The notes under the pieces are model-generated. The model worked only from the letters and a program-made list of their open reading frames with translations, had not been told where the DNA came from and did no database searches. From Haplodiscus bocki (taxonomy: Eukaryota), in contig OZ296655.1 in assembly GCA_965655095.1 (NCBI GenBank), positions 27,404,001 to 27,468,000 of the forward strand: DNA of 64,000 nucleotides. Direction: 5' to 3'. Of this stretch, positions 1 through 13,871 are shown in pieces. Each line of letters starts with the position of its first letter. The stretch's first letter is position 1. A program made the position numbers and the translations under genes.

Positions 1-1029
1 TTGCGTCCATCCAACGCTGCGTCGCGTAACAATTAGAGGGTACTCTAATGTCCAGTTTCCTTCTCTTACCGAGAGATGTTTCGACTTCTAGTTTGAAGGA
101 GGTTTTTTGTTGTCTTGCTAAAGGTGTTTTTGGTGACCAAGAATTGATTTTCACGCAGTGCTTATTGCTTCTGGAACAAGGGTAAATGAGAATGCCTAGG
201 AACTGCTGCATTTGCATTTTGCTTGTATTTTAGTGAGATTTTTTTGGAAGCTTTGCTATGTAAAAAATTTTAGAAAGAGATGAACATATTTCGTCGGTGT
301 CCAATTTAGCCGACTCCAATCCTCGCCTTCGCTGAAGTGTTTACGGATCAGAGCCTCTTTTCTGTGTTACCCTTGTTTGTTTTATTAGTTGCCTTTGTTA
401 TCTTTGTAATGTCAAAAAGTCATCAAGCGAAAGAGTGAACAGTTGTCAGATTGTCACAATCAATCTCCTGTAAGTTTTAAAAGTACTTGACAACGCAGGT
501 TATGGCATTTCAGTCTAAATTGCAGATTGATCTATTCATCAAAACAAAACTCCCCGGCTGACAGAATGTTTTTCCGTTCCGCCTTACAAATTGCCGGCAA
601 AACGGTAAAATAACGTAAATGGAACTTGAAATGCTTAAAACGGTTCAAAGTTGCATCAAAGATGTTTGTTTTTAATTATCCAATTGTTTTTGCCGAAATT
701 TTAAATTTCGCCAACAATAGGTTTTTTTTGAAAAAACTACTAGGCTTGGCGGATTGTACAAAAACTTTGAAAAAAGGGGGAACAAAAGTTTTTTCGCGTG
801 CACTTTTGCTTCTGTTGACAAAATTGATATAAAAGAAAACTGAATGTTTGGCGAATGGTTTTCCTTCCAAATATGACACACTGGGCGAAAGTTATTATGC
901 AAAAAATTGAATTTATTCCTCGAAACCTGTCAACTTGGTCCAAATCAATCGCAACTGTTTTTTCAAAATTGAGAAAGAAAGCTAAAACTGATGAAATTAG
1001 CAAAATTTTTGAATAGTACTTTCTTGTCT

Positions 1030-3600
1030 TGCAGTATTGGCTGCGATGACCTCACGGTGTCCCATTTTTCCAGAACTGGTAATTGGAACGAAATTTTGCG
1101 CAAAATTTACTGAAAATGGGCAAAACTGCCAGCAACATTATGGCCACCTCGAAAACATCTCATCAAATGAAGCATATCAAAAGACCCAAAAACGGCATCC
1201 AGTTGTTTATTTCAAAGCAACATACTCTATCCCAGACGAATATGGATTTCTATTTGGAGAAAAAAAAGTAGTGTAAAGAAGCACATGATTTTTGACTATT
1301 TCCAAGGAAGTTAGCCGTGGGCTGTTTTTTTTCATGTTTGGTCTAACGAACTAGGAGAATCAATTCACAGCATATGATCTCAAGCTTCACAGTTTTGAAC
1401 CAACTAGAGTAACTGTTATCTCCTAAAGCTGATCCATCATTTATCATCAAGTATTCAATTACAAACCCATACCAACCGCGATTAGGGATCACTACACAAT
1501 ATTTAGTCGGTTTCCCGTGATAGTCTCCAGAGGCCAAAAATAACCGGAAGCAGTCCTTCGTCCATGAAAAAAAATTTAAAACTTATTTGAAAAAAGCTCC
1601 GATTTTCTTTTTTCTACTAAACACACGACCAATGCATTGAGAAAAAACCTCTTGGCAAACAAAATGCTTCATAACGTCACAAGAAATATCGGTGAAACGG
1701 TTGACTACTTTGCACCAAAAAAATCATATACAGAAAAAAAACACAACTTCCATGGATAACGAAAAAAAATGAAAAACTCCCAAAAAAAGAGACAATTTGT
1801 TCTAAAATTGGAGAGCTAATCTCTCTCTAGGCAATCATAATCGATACAAACAGGTTCCCAATAAAGCAACAAAGTGGAGTAGAGAAAGCAAAAAGGAAGA
1901 CAATTTTCGATTACGTAGAAAAAATCCCCAATGCTAAAACTAATAAGAAAATTGTTGAAAATTTAGGAAACAGCAACAGTTATTCACTAATTTACCCCAT
2001 TCGGAAACAGTCAATCAGTTTTTTGTATCCATGGTACCAACGCTATCTGCAAGGTTGAACGCAAATCATCAATCTTAAGAAATGAGCCGAATTGGAACAC
2101 ATTCATTTTTGCAACAAACTGATCCTCAAGAAGTAGAAAAAATACTGGAGGAAATGAAAAACAAGAAAAGCAGTGGTCCATATGCAAAAAAGTTTTAGGT
2201 AGCTGCTTTTCAGTAATCGAATCATTTATAGCATCTGCTTTCAGTCAGTGGATACTGGAACTAAACTTACCCAACAATTTTAACGACAGCCGATTTTTTT
2301 CGTTTGAACAAGAAAAGCGATAATTCAAATCTGGAACCTCCTAGACAAATATTTTTGTTGAACGCTAGGAGGAAAGTTTTCGAAAACTTTTTGCTAAAAG
2401 CAATGAAGAATTTTTGCTATAAAAACTAGATATTTTCTCATGCTCGGGATTGCTTCAGACCAAAAACGTTCCGGGTTGATGCTATCAGTCAGGTAACTGA
2501 GGATATGACAGCAAAGATTGATCCTAAAAATCTTGGGCAAGTTTGCTTCATGGATCTCAAAAAAAGTTTTCGAAACAAAAGATTTTGAACTTTTTTTACT
2601 AATTTGGTTTTTTATTGTTTTAGAGGACCAAAAAATGAAATGCTTGTAAGTTAACCAAACGATCTGAAGCAGTGCATTGGCTGGAAAGGAAGAAAATCCA
2701 TGTTACAAAAATTAAGGACAAGTGTACCTCAGGGATAGGTATTGGGACCACTCTTATTTCTGACAATTATGAATAACATAGACATTTGTATTGAAAACAG
2801 TAAAATAGCGATGTTTGCAGATGATGCTCCCATCATAAAGTGTAAGCAAATTAACAATCATTTAAGTGATAGTGATATACGCCCTTCGTCAAATTGGTTC
2901 GTTAATATTAAATTACCAAACAAAATAGAACACTGTGAAGCGGTGTTTTTGGATCAGAACAACTGCACGTTGTTCTTTTGATGGGCAAAATATTAATCTA
3001 TCAAAAATCATGCAAAAGTTTTTTTAATATGTTTAGATTGTGTCTCCAGACTCAGAGAACACATTGATTATTTTGTTAAAAGACAACAAGTTTTGTTGAC
3101 TCCTTATTAGGGTTTTGTTTTTGTACCCAGGGTAGTGTTTGAATATGGTGTACAATTCTTTTGCTTTATCTGTGATTTGTTATGGTCTGAGTGTGTATCA
3201 AACAGCTGCGAAACAAAGTTGAAAAAAAACGGAACTTCTCAGAGAAGATTTTTGAGGGCAAAATTTTTCCGGAAGAAAATGGATTCACTGGCCGACTTTT
3301 TGGTAGGGGATAAAATTTTCACAGTCTTTGAGCTACACTTAATGGAAATACCGAACTTTTCAAGCAGGTACGCTGCGAGGAACCAACACATTACATTGAT
3401 GTTTCAGAAAACAACCCTAGTCAGTATCCCACTCGATGAAATCTAAAACGTCTTCTCCCTTCTGAATAAAATCGAGCGGTTGTAAAACAAATGATTAGAA
3501 AATACTCTGCGGAAAAATTACATCCGACTGAAAATTATGGAATTTTTACCAAAAAAATGTTAGTCGATTGAGCCGAGCTCTAGTTGAAAAACCGGCCGCG
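1030..3600 (+). mobile_element. Decayed non-LTR retrotransposon ORF2 (APE endonuclease + reverse transcriptase; CR1/L2/Jockey-like)
   Basis: Frame-shifted motifs in canonical order: FEPTRVT...IRDHY (APE C-terminus, ~1395-1500), LPWIT (~1747), EVEKILEEMKNKKSSGP (~2130-2180), KKSDNSNLEPPRQIFLLNARRKVFE (NYRPISLL-like, ~2310-2385), CFMDLKK (~2545), VPQGIVLGPLLF (~2722-2760), MFADD (~2811). Confidence 0.9.
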
Positions 3601-3989
3601 AAAAAAAGACAATTTTAGGTTGTTGATGAGAGGGAACTCTTCTCAATTTTGTTCTGATTGCATAGATTAAAAAAAGAGCAGACTGAATTTTTTCTTCTCG
3701 AATTGTTTTTTTGTACCGGTTCTTGAGGTAAAAGTGATTCTCCAGAGCGGGGACTCGAAGAGCGATTATGCTCCTTCCTCTTTTTTATTGCATATGTCAT
3801 CAAATATGATCTTTAAAGTTTTTTTATTTAATCATTTTCAATGAAATTAACTCTTTCTGTTGGTGTTTCCGTTGGTTGAACTTGACAAAATTTGAAAATT
3901 ATTTAATGGACCTTTATGGTTAACCTAATATGCGATATCCATGGCCATCGATTTTTATCAATGGATGATCAACTCTGCAAGCTGTTAAA

Positions 3990-4985
3990 AGACTACCAAA
4001 TTGTTGAAAAAAGTGATTTTCGTTAATGCTTTTCAATGTTGATATTCTGTGGCACAACATTGCTTGTCGGTGCAGGTACACATTATGACATTTGAACACA
4101 TTTTTTTGCAAAAACTTTCAATTTTTTTGGAAATGACTCATTCTATAAAGAGCACCACGCCTGTCGTTAATACCGAATTTTTTCTCAATTTATTTATCTG
4201 AAAATGGCTGAATTTGATATGACGTCATTTTCTGTATTCCTCTAATACAATTCCATAATATGGCGAAAGAGTATTTGAGGAAAAATATAAAGCAATAATT
4301 TTGTTCGGTTTCATTGCTTTAAATTTTATTCCCTCATCGTCCCCTGAAAAGAAAATAGAAAGCGTCGTAACTGCAACTACTACCCCTGCTGAGAAATTCA
4401 CCCATTCTACCACTAGATATCAATGATAACTTAGAGGAAATTAGGAAAATTTGTTGGTTATGAGAAAGTTCAAAGTGTCACCTTGACACCAGTGACATTT
4501 TAACAAGGGGTTTTTCCGAGTACTAATGTTCAAATTAACATTTTGTTGTTCATACGGAGTTGTTATCGGTTGTTATCTATTTGACATTCAATTGGAATAC
4601 ACATTGGCAATGTGGGGAGGAAAAGGAAATAATTCCAAAATTTTTGAAAGATATTGAAAAGTTGGGTCCTGAGAGTTGAGTATTTGAGGAGTATTTTTTT
4701 AAAACGCCGATGATGATTTGAAATTTTCAAGTCCTTCATGCCATGCTTTAACACCTCATGCTACCAATACTACAAGGACTTTGAGTTGTCACGGATATCA
4801 ACAATACTACTACCACTATCACAACTACTACTGCAGTACCAGAAAAAGCTCCTTCAAAAAGGGGACATCCGGCAATGAGAAAGCCTACGCCTTCAAAAAA
4901 ACGCCTCCTAAGAAACCCAACAGCACTCCTCCTCCGAAATCACAAGCTACGCCGAAACCAAATCCTCCAAAACATTCAGGTTACC
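3990..4985 (+). pseudogene. Possible relic exons of a secreted Thr/Pro-rich (mucin-like) protein
   Basis: Hydrophobic MLIFCGTTLLVGA ends at G|GT (~4077, phase 1). A phase-compatible TAG|AA acceptor (~4358) gives ESVVTATTTPAEKFTHSTT. At 4788-4980 the sequence reads VTDINNTTTTITTTTAVPEKAPSK and KKTPPKKPNSTPPPKSQATPKPNPPK in shifted frames. Confidence 0.25.
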
Positions 4986-6479
4986 TTTTTGATTAAAAAC
5001 AATTGTTTTCCGGAAAAACCATTATGGTTAATCATACCACTCGTGACATTTTCAGGACAATGGTCTACAGTTTTAATTTACCCCAAAAAACAACTCAAAC
5101 GAATGTAGCTATAAAGCAGCCTAAAAAGATCGTGAAAACATGCCTGAATTAATCGATGCCTAAACTTTTCAATAATACGACGAAGCTCGCAAATTATTTA
5201 CAAACTTTTGTACTCAAGTATGGCAGCCCGCGTAGGTGGTCATTATATATCAAAACATGCAGTCAATTTGAACAAAACGCGCGATTTTGCAGAAAAATTA
5301 TCTGTCAACCCAAAGATAAGAAAGAAGATTGGAACATAAACATAGTTACAATGCCTCCTCGAAAGTGTCGTCAACGTGGACAAACTCATGAAATTGGGAT
5401 GTTTTTGGTTACCTCCTTCCCACTGTTTCAACTCCCCCACACCTTAATGGATATGCGAAATAATCAACGTCGTAATGGTTTAGCTCACGTTCGAGTGAAT
5501 TTGAGTCAATCAGAGAAGAGTTCGCTTCCACGTGGGGTGGACTTGAAATTCTCGTAACTGCAGTCTGGGGGGAGGCAGTTCACAGAAAAAATTTTGAAAG
5601 TGAAAAACAAAGATTTTTTCATTATATTTCCAATAAACAATGAAACTTTTTCAAACACAGCCATAGTTGACCATCAGAAGTTGGGATACGAAAGCAATGT
5701 TTGGAGAGAAAATTGAGTGTTTTGCAGATGTCGTGGATGGACATGATCGAAGTTTTAAAATTTGGAAAAATTGAAAAATTGTGCGAACCCCCTTTAGTAA
5801 TCTGCTACGTTTTTGAAAAGAAAGAAAGAAATCATTTCTCCCAATTTTACGCATAACAATTTATTGTAGATTTAAATTATCGTAACACAAAACAACATGA
5901 ATAATATTAAGAATGCAAAAATGATCGATGGAGAAAATAGACTAAGGGCTCACCAGGAGCCCACTTGAGAGTCTACCCTGGCTATGTCTATAATACTAAA
6001 CTGAACTACAATCAAATGACGAAAATCCATTTAGAATTGTTTTCGATTTTTTTATACTTCGATTTTTGATCTTTTTTTGGCTGCATGAAGTGTCTTTTGA
6101 GCCCATGCTACTGAAAACAAAATTGGACGGAGCAAGGCCATTAGCAATAACCCAGAAAGGCTATTTTCAAAATAGCATAGCACCCAACTACGATGATATT
6201 AACAAGCCGCCAACCACCACGTTGAACTGTGCCGGCAAGACTTCTATTACTTGCCTTTGGCCCCGGGCAGTCATCACTGAAGCATCAATCATCAAAAAAG
6301 TCACATTTTTACCTTTCAAAAACGAATTTTGCGAGATCTATGTTTGAAAGTATATAAAGATCACGGAACGTATGAACAAAATCCGTTACTTCACCGTCTT
6401 CCATTGAGCCAAAATATATTTGGAAGCCAAGCTTTTCGACTCAAAAAAATCAAAAATTTATTGCTTCTGCGTTGGATTG

Positions 6480-8000
6480 AAAAAAAATGAGACGTTGGTT
6501 GCTTCAATAAAATTGTAAAAGTGAGCAGTCGAGAACTTCTACTACATTTTTGACCGGAGTTGAGATCGTAAAAAATTTGAATTGAGCCGTGAGTAAAAGA
6601 TTATTGACCGACTAGCACACAATTTTTATGAGTCCACAGAAATACAACTCGTGCATCGTTTGAACTTTCTTGTCCTCAAAAACTTTGGATACACACTCAG
6701 TTTGCTTTCAAAATGAATTAACCGACGTATTTTTTTTGGATTTATAAAATTGGTTCAAGAACAGTGAAAGAAGTACATTCATACACTAGTATGCCAAATT
6801 GAACAAATGGTTTTATATTACAAAGGTAATATTTCAGCGAAACACTTTGCGAGACGTAATGTCTCATTTTAGAGATCACGGCCAAATGCCTGGCAAGTTT
6901 GAATCTTTTATATCTGACATGTTCACAAAACTTCAGATTTCCATAGACCAAAACTGCTAAATACCAACAAAATTCAATGGTATTTAATGAAGACTCATTC
7001 ATTTCAACCTGCGGAGCTGAAGTACTCAGCTTTCTGTGAAAATCAATTAAACTTGAGTTGCCAACATTTACAGATAGCTTATTGGAAAGGAACCAGTCTC
7101 AAATGATGGAGAGATCGTTTTGAAAACTTGCGGAAGACGAACAAACACTTGTAATGTTGGCATCGTCTGCAAACAGATACATTTGCCTAAACTGAACTGC
7201 TTCAGCAATGTCATCGATGTACACAAAGAATAAAACTGGTCCTAAAAAAGAAGACTTTGAAGCTCCTGTTGTTATATTTGCCCAATTGGATGCTTGACCA
7301 TTAACTTCTACAAACTGCTTTCTTTTTGCTAGATAATTTTCAAACAATTTGCTTGCGACTCCCCAACCCCTTGAGTTTCTAATTTATCTAGCAAAATGGA
7401 GTGATCTAAAGTGTTGAATACTTTTTTGAGATCGAGGAATACACTGATATTATAGGTCTCTTCAGATCCCATACGAAAAGCTTCCGTCAATTCAACCAGT
7501 GCATCTATGGTTCATTGTTTCTTACTGTTTCTTGCGGAAAACAAAACTTTTACCGTACAGCAGACTAAATTTTCTAAAAAGCTTTAAACACGTCTCTGCA
7601 TCACCCGCTCAATGTATCTCCTAAAATACACTACAAGAGAAATAGGTCTGTAGTTAGTCAAATCCTTGCAGCACTCGGACTTTTGAAAGGTATAACTTTA
7701 GCGTTCTCCAGCTTTTCAAGATACACTTCAGATTCAAAAGAAATGGTAATAGCTTCTGAAATGAAAAAAGTGATTGGCTTTGCACCAGTTTTGAGCACTA
7801 AATTACTAATATTGTCTGGACCAGATAAATGTTTGCTTTTGAGCTGTTTATTATCTTTAAGCAATCGTTTTCGTTTGTTCTGAATAAGTACTTTCATTGA
7901 TGCGCACGTTGGTCTGTTTTCGGTGGTGTCTTCGCAGGAAGAGACTGAGCTAATTTCGGTCCAACAGAAACAAAATGATGCTTTTAAGCATGGGCAATCT
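6480..8000 (-). mobile_element. Decayed non-LTR retrotransposon RT (5'-truncated LINE)
   Basis: ORF-track fragments LKSKHLSGPDNISNLVLK...AKVIPF (7658-7897), RKQFVEVNG...TGASKSSFLGPVLFFVYIDD...MYLFADD (7099-7347) and YLAVLVYGNLKFCEHV...KPFVQFGILVY (6742-7002). Confidence 0.9.
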
Positions 8001-8097
8001 CCGTGTAGTCAGATACTTGATACCCGTCTGCTTCTAAGCTACTAAATTGCGTTGACTGAACCCCGTTACCAGATACTTATTTGAGTGCTTGAAAAAT

Positions 8098-8375
8098 CAG
8101 CAAGACGGCCGTCTACCACCGGCATATTTTTTGCCTTCCCATTTTTGTAAGGACGGCTAAAATGATGAAAACTTTCTTTTCAAAATATACATCCTCATAA
8201 TTTTTAAATTTTTGATTTTTAAATTTTTTCTTATCTGTTGCTAAAAACCTCATAATTAAGGTGGAATGGGCTTTTTAGAGAAATCATTTCTTTTGATACG
8301 CATTTGACCGTAAATTTGACATTTTAAGCGATTTTAAAAGTAGTCTTTTTTTCGAAAAAGCCGATGTATTTTTTT
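8098..8375 (-). mobile_element. Partial copy of Helentron-associated (HINE-like) dispersed repeat
   Basis: cagcaagacggccgtctaccaccggcatattttttgcc is a near-exact reverse complement of 23528-23565, and similarity continues along the element core. Confidence 0.75.
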
Positions 8376-10256
8376 AATACACGGTGAAAAATTCTGGTTC
8401 TGCCGTAAAAGAGTTGAATACAAAATTGAAAACTTGAAAAGCATTTTGTGAGCCAAAATCAACTGTCAATCAACCAAACACATACACTGTTCTGAAACAA
8501 TGATGATAAACACAGAAGGAGCCAAAAAAAGTTGTTAATCGAACTTGTTGGGTTGTCTAAAAGATTGAGCACCTCATTAACTTTAATGAGTTCAAATATT
8601 TGAAGACTAAACTTTTGCAACCATGAAACAGTTTACAAATGAAAAGTTTCTGACCACAAAGCACATCACATGGCAGCTATACTGACTCTGCCAGTGCAGA
8701 CACAAAATTTTTTTGGAAGTTTTCACGAAGAAACAAAAAAATCCCACTAAATCTGGTCTACAGTGCAGGAAAGTCGCAACAACTGCAACAACATGCTCCT
8801 AAAATTTTGCTGGTTTAACCAAAGGCAGTTTTGGCACGAGCAAGCCTGGAAATTACTCTGGGATATCTTGTTATCAACTTCTGGCATCTTTCGGCGCAGC
8901 TCACGTGCCAATGTTTATCCGCAGCAAATCTAAGTTCTCGTTTTTTTCCATGTGAATCGCCCGAATCGAGTGCAATACTAGAATCATCTTTCATTAAAAA
9001 AGTATCACTCATCATAAAAACAACTATTCATTCTGAAGTAATGAATTAATTGAAAAACTCTGGGAGAAAATTTTTATGATGAAGAAGTTGCTCCATAGTT
9101 AGCTCTCGGTGTCGAATGATGTACCAACCGGGTCGATTTTTGATTTTTATTGAAAAATTTTTGTACGATATAGGCGTATCGGTGTGAAAACCCCAAAACC
9201 GCAGCTATTTTCTAGAAAAATAGCGGCGTGTATTACCATTTTCTGAGAAATAACCGGCCCAGACAGGACTTTCATATCAAAGCTTTGATGTAAATGTATT
9301 CAAAGAACACAGTCAACTTTGTACTAAACGTTGAAACCTTACCGGGACAAACACAGTGGCAAAACTTCTATCGAGAGGTTGAAAATTGGAAGCAAAGTTG
9401 AATCTAGGAAATCACTCCACTTCAATCTTCGATAAAAAAAATCTATTCAATACACAATGTGGTAACATGTATGCAAAATAAAAATCACAACTTGTAAACC
9501 AACCTTCACAATTTGCTTGTTTCTGGACAACGATTTAACGGCAAACTTGCAGATTTGTGGTACCAAATTCATGAAGCTGCATCGATTCAATTGACTTTCC
9601 AGTTTATAAGCCCGGTAATCACTGGTTGATTCCCAAGAAAAAGACTTCAAAGTTGACGTTCGGACTACATCATAATTTAGCAGCAATTTTTTCAAACATA
9701 CCGGCGTTTTCAGAAAAATACTGGCAATCAACTTTTTTGTCGGCAAAATTTCTACGATAATAGCGTATCAGCGGTACTTATCAGGATAGCAGCGATTTTG
9801 GCGGAATTACCGGCAATCTTAGAAAAAAACACGACGAATATTTAAAAAGTGCGACCGTGGTAGCGCATCTTAAATTGAAAGCTAGGAGTTTACCAAAGCA
9901 AGGGAAGTAGAACAACAGTAACACCCCAAAAACTATCCCTTCAAAATTGATAAATATGCCGAACAAGTTATCATCATCTACCAGAAGTCACTCATGTTTC
10001 CATTCCATGACCATACTATGTTCCAAATTAAGAATTGCATGATTTAAGTATCTAAGTGCATCGCCATATGCATTACATGATTTCCATGCTTTTCAAATAA
10101 TGGTCAAGCCAGGACCAGATGCGTTGCAACTATCAACGGGTTTGCAAAGGAAGGCGATCATTGTTTAAAAAAAAAACAGAACAAACTCCTTTGAAAGCCC
10201 TCTTGTTTTTCATGGATGATCCAAGAGTGTTTAACTGCTGTTTTACTAGAGAAAAC

Positions 10257-10792
10257 GGTCGACGATAAGACAAAATCGGAAAGAAAAATAAAGGAGTTTT
10301 CAAGAATTTTTCTACTGTGAACTTTGTTACCATCCAACTTTGCTTCGGAATGATTTATTTCAAAAAGTCATTTTTATGAGAAAATATAAACATACAAATG
10401 ATTGTGAACAACTGGAATTAGAAGGTTATCTACGGGACTGGGGAAAATTTCAAGAGCAGTTAGGGCTAAAATTTCATGTATACTAAACCCTATAGTTCCA
10501 ATATCAGTATTGCATCCTGACAGTAATTCAATTTGAGCTGTGACAATTCAGTTCATGATGGTTTCTTTGTTTTTGAGATAACATTCATTTCTTTGGTGCA
10601 TGTTGTCAGAGTTGAAGTTTAGAGTTGATGCCAGTTTTGATAGGCCGGGCAGGTAGTTGGTTTCAATTCAGTTCATCTTGGTTGCTTGAATTGAGAGGTT
10701 GCTTCGTTAGATGCTATTTTTGATTCTGTTGTTATCGAGTCCAATAAGCTTGCAAACATCTTGATAATGAACAGTTTCCTTGATCGATAACA
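10257..10792 (-). repeat. Copia 3' LTR
   Basis: Colinear with 13872-14415 (e.g. atttgagctgtgacaattcagttcatgatg in both). Starts TGTT on the minus strand, preceded by a degenerate purine tract (TGAAGGTGCT). Confidence 0.9.
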
Positions 10793-10839
10793 AGCACCTT
10801 CATTGATGCTGTACTGATTGACTAAAGAGGTCACATTTG

Positions 10840-12345
10840 AAATGATTAAACTTGGGGCTGCAAAAGGCTTTCGTCAAAATATCTGCAATGTTCAGATCCA
10901 TTGCTACCTATCGTAACTGAATGACCTCCCGCTCTACGAGGTCTCGTACAAAGTGATATATGATGCCGATGTGTTCGCTCAGGCTTTGTGGGATTGGATT
11001 TTGAGCCAGCTTGATTGCCCCCTATTTGTCACATTGGATGAGAACAAGGCCATCTAGATTTACACTCAAACTCTTAACAAAAGACAAAAATTAGATATTC
11101 TCTTGGGAAGCGAATGAAATACTGATAAAATGGGCCCCAGTTCAAGACAATGCTAATGATTGCTTCTCACGGGTAGACCAACAAAAAACACTACTATCAT
11201 CAAAAATTTCAAAAAAAACCCTTCGTGGGAGGCCTATCATTGGGATCCTCTCCCAAGTCGGGGTCACAAAAGCTAACTAACTTAGGGCACTTACTATGCT
11301 TAAAGACAAGTCTTAAGTCAAGGTAGCTTCTGGTAACAGAATGTTTTTAGCTAAAAGCCAATGATCATGGGAAGTATTTTCTAGTTCTTGATATAAATAC
11401 GAATCTACAAATCTAAAATTGAAACAAGATATATCTGAGAGGTAGTTCAACTTTCCAGCTTAGAACATGTGCAGGGAACGAACTTTAGACAAATCTTTGA
11501 AAACATCGGATTCTAAATCAACACACAAATTTTGTTGATTCTAGGATTAACTGTCATAAGAACATCACAAGGATTGCAATCAGACAGACATACCGACGAT
11601 AGACGTTCAGTCTAAATTGTGAAACTTTGTGTGGAAAAGTAATTTCACCAATTGATTGTTCAACTGAAACACCCTAAAACCACGTAATTGGACCTTTGTC
11701 GTCAATACTGAATTTTGCGGATATACATTTCTTGGAAAAATCTGATAAATCAGAAGACGCTGAAACGTATTTTATTCTACCAATCCAGACGCATACAAAT
11801 ATTTTTTTACCACAAAATTCGCTCTTGGAATAACAGCAACTATCAACAGTTGAACTTTTTACAACGAATTAAGTTAAAAATTTTGTCGGAGGTTATTTCT
11901 CAACAACCTCCGGCTTTCTCAAACCATAAAAACTTTCTAACAACATGCTCACTAATGTCAACCCTTTTCCGGGATTTTCAAAGCCTGGAGATTGTTTTAT
12001 AGAAACACTTTCCTCCAGGTCCCCATTTATATTGGCTGAACTAACATCAAATTGAAAAACCTGCTAACGAAAATGAGTAACAAGTTGTAAAAATTTACGA
12101 ATTGATGACAATTTAGCTGTGGGGGTAAAAGTCTCCAACCACTCACTGCTGAAAACTTGGTCAAAAACATTCGCATCATAGCGATATTTTTACTTGACTT
12201 TTTATTGATTACTTGATCTTCTTTCAATGAGAGGACCCAACGCCCACCTAGAGACTTCTTATGTGCTGGAAGCCTACAAAGTCTCCAGGTCATATTCCTT
12301 ACAAAAGCATTGAACTCTCTTGTTATCTTTGCTAGCAATTCGTCT
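10840..12345 (-). pseudogene. pol: Copia RT-RNase H relic
   Basis: REFNAFVRNMTWRLCRLPAHKKSLGGRWV (RT start), FQFDVSSA (QMDV motif), FCDPDLGEDPNDRPPT (RNase H DADW motif), AIKLAQNP...HIGIIYHFVRD...NIADILTK. Confidence 0.88.
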
Positions 12346-12729
12346 CTGGATTCAGACTTTTGACGTTCTTCAAAGGAGTTAGGGACTTATTAAAACAAGA
12401 AAGATTCAACAGAAGGACGAATCGTTGGTTTTCAATAGGACAACCATAACATTCAACACCTTTAACATGACAATCGCTACGTGGTGCGATTCCACAAAAA
12501 GGTTCTGTCTTTGACCAGGTCCTGGTTTAGACCAGGAATGCTAGAAAAATTTGGAGAACAAAATGAAAAGGTTTTAGTCACGTTCAAATCTTTCCTGTCG
12601 ACAAACCTCGCTTATCAAGCAAATTGATTTGGCAACACCTTTCTCTTTTACAGATGAAACACCAATCATTGCGTTCACACGAAATTGCCAAGAAATATCA
12701 TGAAAATTAACGAAAAAGTCTTTACCAAA

Positions 12730-13600
12730 AAACCTATGTGACGTTCAACTGGAATCCAAAATCAATTCATGAATTTTCGAGGCAAAAACACAACAGAAAA
12801 AAGCGCATAGTCTTATAAAAAAATCGTCCTGTTCTGATACATTTTTGTCCATTTTTGACTTGTGAAAACACTTAGGCTCATTTTCGCCAATTTTTTTACA
12901 AATAGAACACTGCTTAGATATACAAAAATTTTTCATATGTCCACTCTTGTTACAGCCGATGCATTTACCAGAAAAATTCTAGGCATTATCTCGCGAAACA
13001 AACAACGCTGGATCAAACTTAGTGTTACACGAGTTACCGCAATCTTTAGTTTTCGCGAGTACGCAGAATTTTTGAGCGCTTGAGTTCAAATCAGAAAACT
13101 GAGTGGGGTTTTTGTCAAAATCGTGCGTTGTCCTAAAAACCCATAGTTAACAGGCAAGCCCTTAAGAATAAAGGAAACCAACAAGTTTTCTCAAATCTTC
13201 TCCCTTGCTTTTTCTAATGAAGGTGAAAGAGTCTGGGCCCTGATCAGGTTGTCGGTTATCTTTTCACCCGGCTTCAGCGACACAGACGTTAGTTGCTACA
13301 GCAAGTTCATCACACGCGGCCTCTCTGAACTTGGGAAGTCTGCCATCATCCACTTGCATGCTCCTGGCTCATTTCCTTTGCATTTTGACTTCAACATCAT
13401 GATAGATCGTCTGTCCAAACACTGCCCAACTTCTGCCCACAAATTGTTTTTCTCCTCCTCAGATGTGTCAGTTCTCAACACTTGGCCTCGCAGGTGTTTG
13501 GTGTGCATATAGCTTTCATACCTCTCGCTCCAGTAGACCAAGTCATCTTTTTCCCCGGAGAAATGAAGACATAGTCGTTTCTCGGCCTCTGTTGCCAATT
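12730..13600 (-). pseudogene. gag: Copia Gag + protease relic
   Basis: FSGEKDDLVYWSERYESYM (Gag N-terminus), ILKGLP, decayed zinc knuckle CSICKKIGENEPKC, and LILDSS*TSH (the LDSGATxH protease motif). Confidence 0.85.
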
Positions 13601-13857
13601 CGGTGGCGAAGTTGAAACCAAAGTTTTGTTCAATAATTTTTTGGACTCGAAGATCTTTGCACAAGCAAGTGAAAAAATACGCTAGCCAGCTGGCCAATCT
13701 TTGCACCGCTTAAAACAAACTGCTTCAAAAGAGTTGGTTCCTTTAAATCGGCAAAGTCCAGAGTCCACTGTTGGGTAACTACCAAAGCTAATGAGTCAAA
13801 GTTCAGTCCAGAAGAGAAGAAAGATAGGCTTACTTTTCCAAACAAACGACAGGAGGA

Positions 13858-13871
13858 CTGGGCCCATAACC
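13858..13871 (-). promoter_or_regulatory. Copia primer-binding site GGTTATGGGCCCAG (internal tRNA-iMet half-primer type)
   Basis: Plus strand ctgggcccataacc directly abuts the LTR (tgtt at 13872). This is the PBS type of Drosophila copia-like elements. Confidence 0.9.

Noticed and set aside
1-480. LINE ORF1-like relic on the minus strand (KLEVETSLGKRRKL)
   Set aside because: Only one weak motif; not enough to call.
8680-9050. RTE-like C-terminal motif SRLARAKTAFG on the minus strand
   Set aside because: A single motif with no supporting RT motifs nearby.
9204-9224. Hairpin gctattttctagaaaaatagc as a terminator
   Set aside because: Eukaryotic repeat context with no upstream gene; probably part of a MITE.
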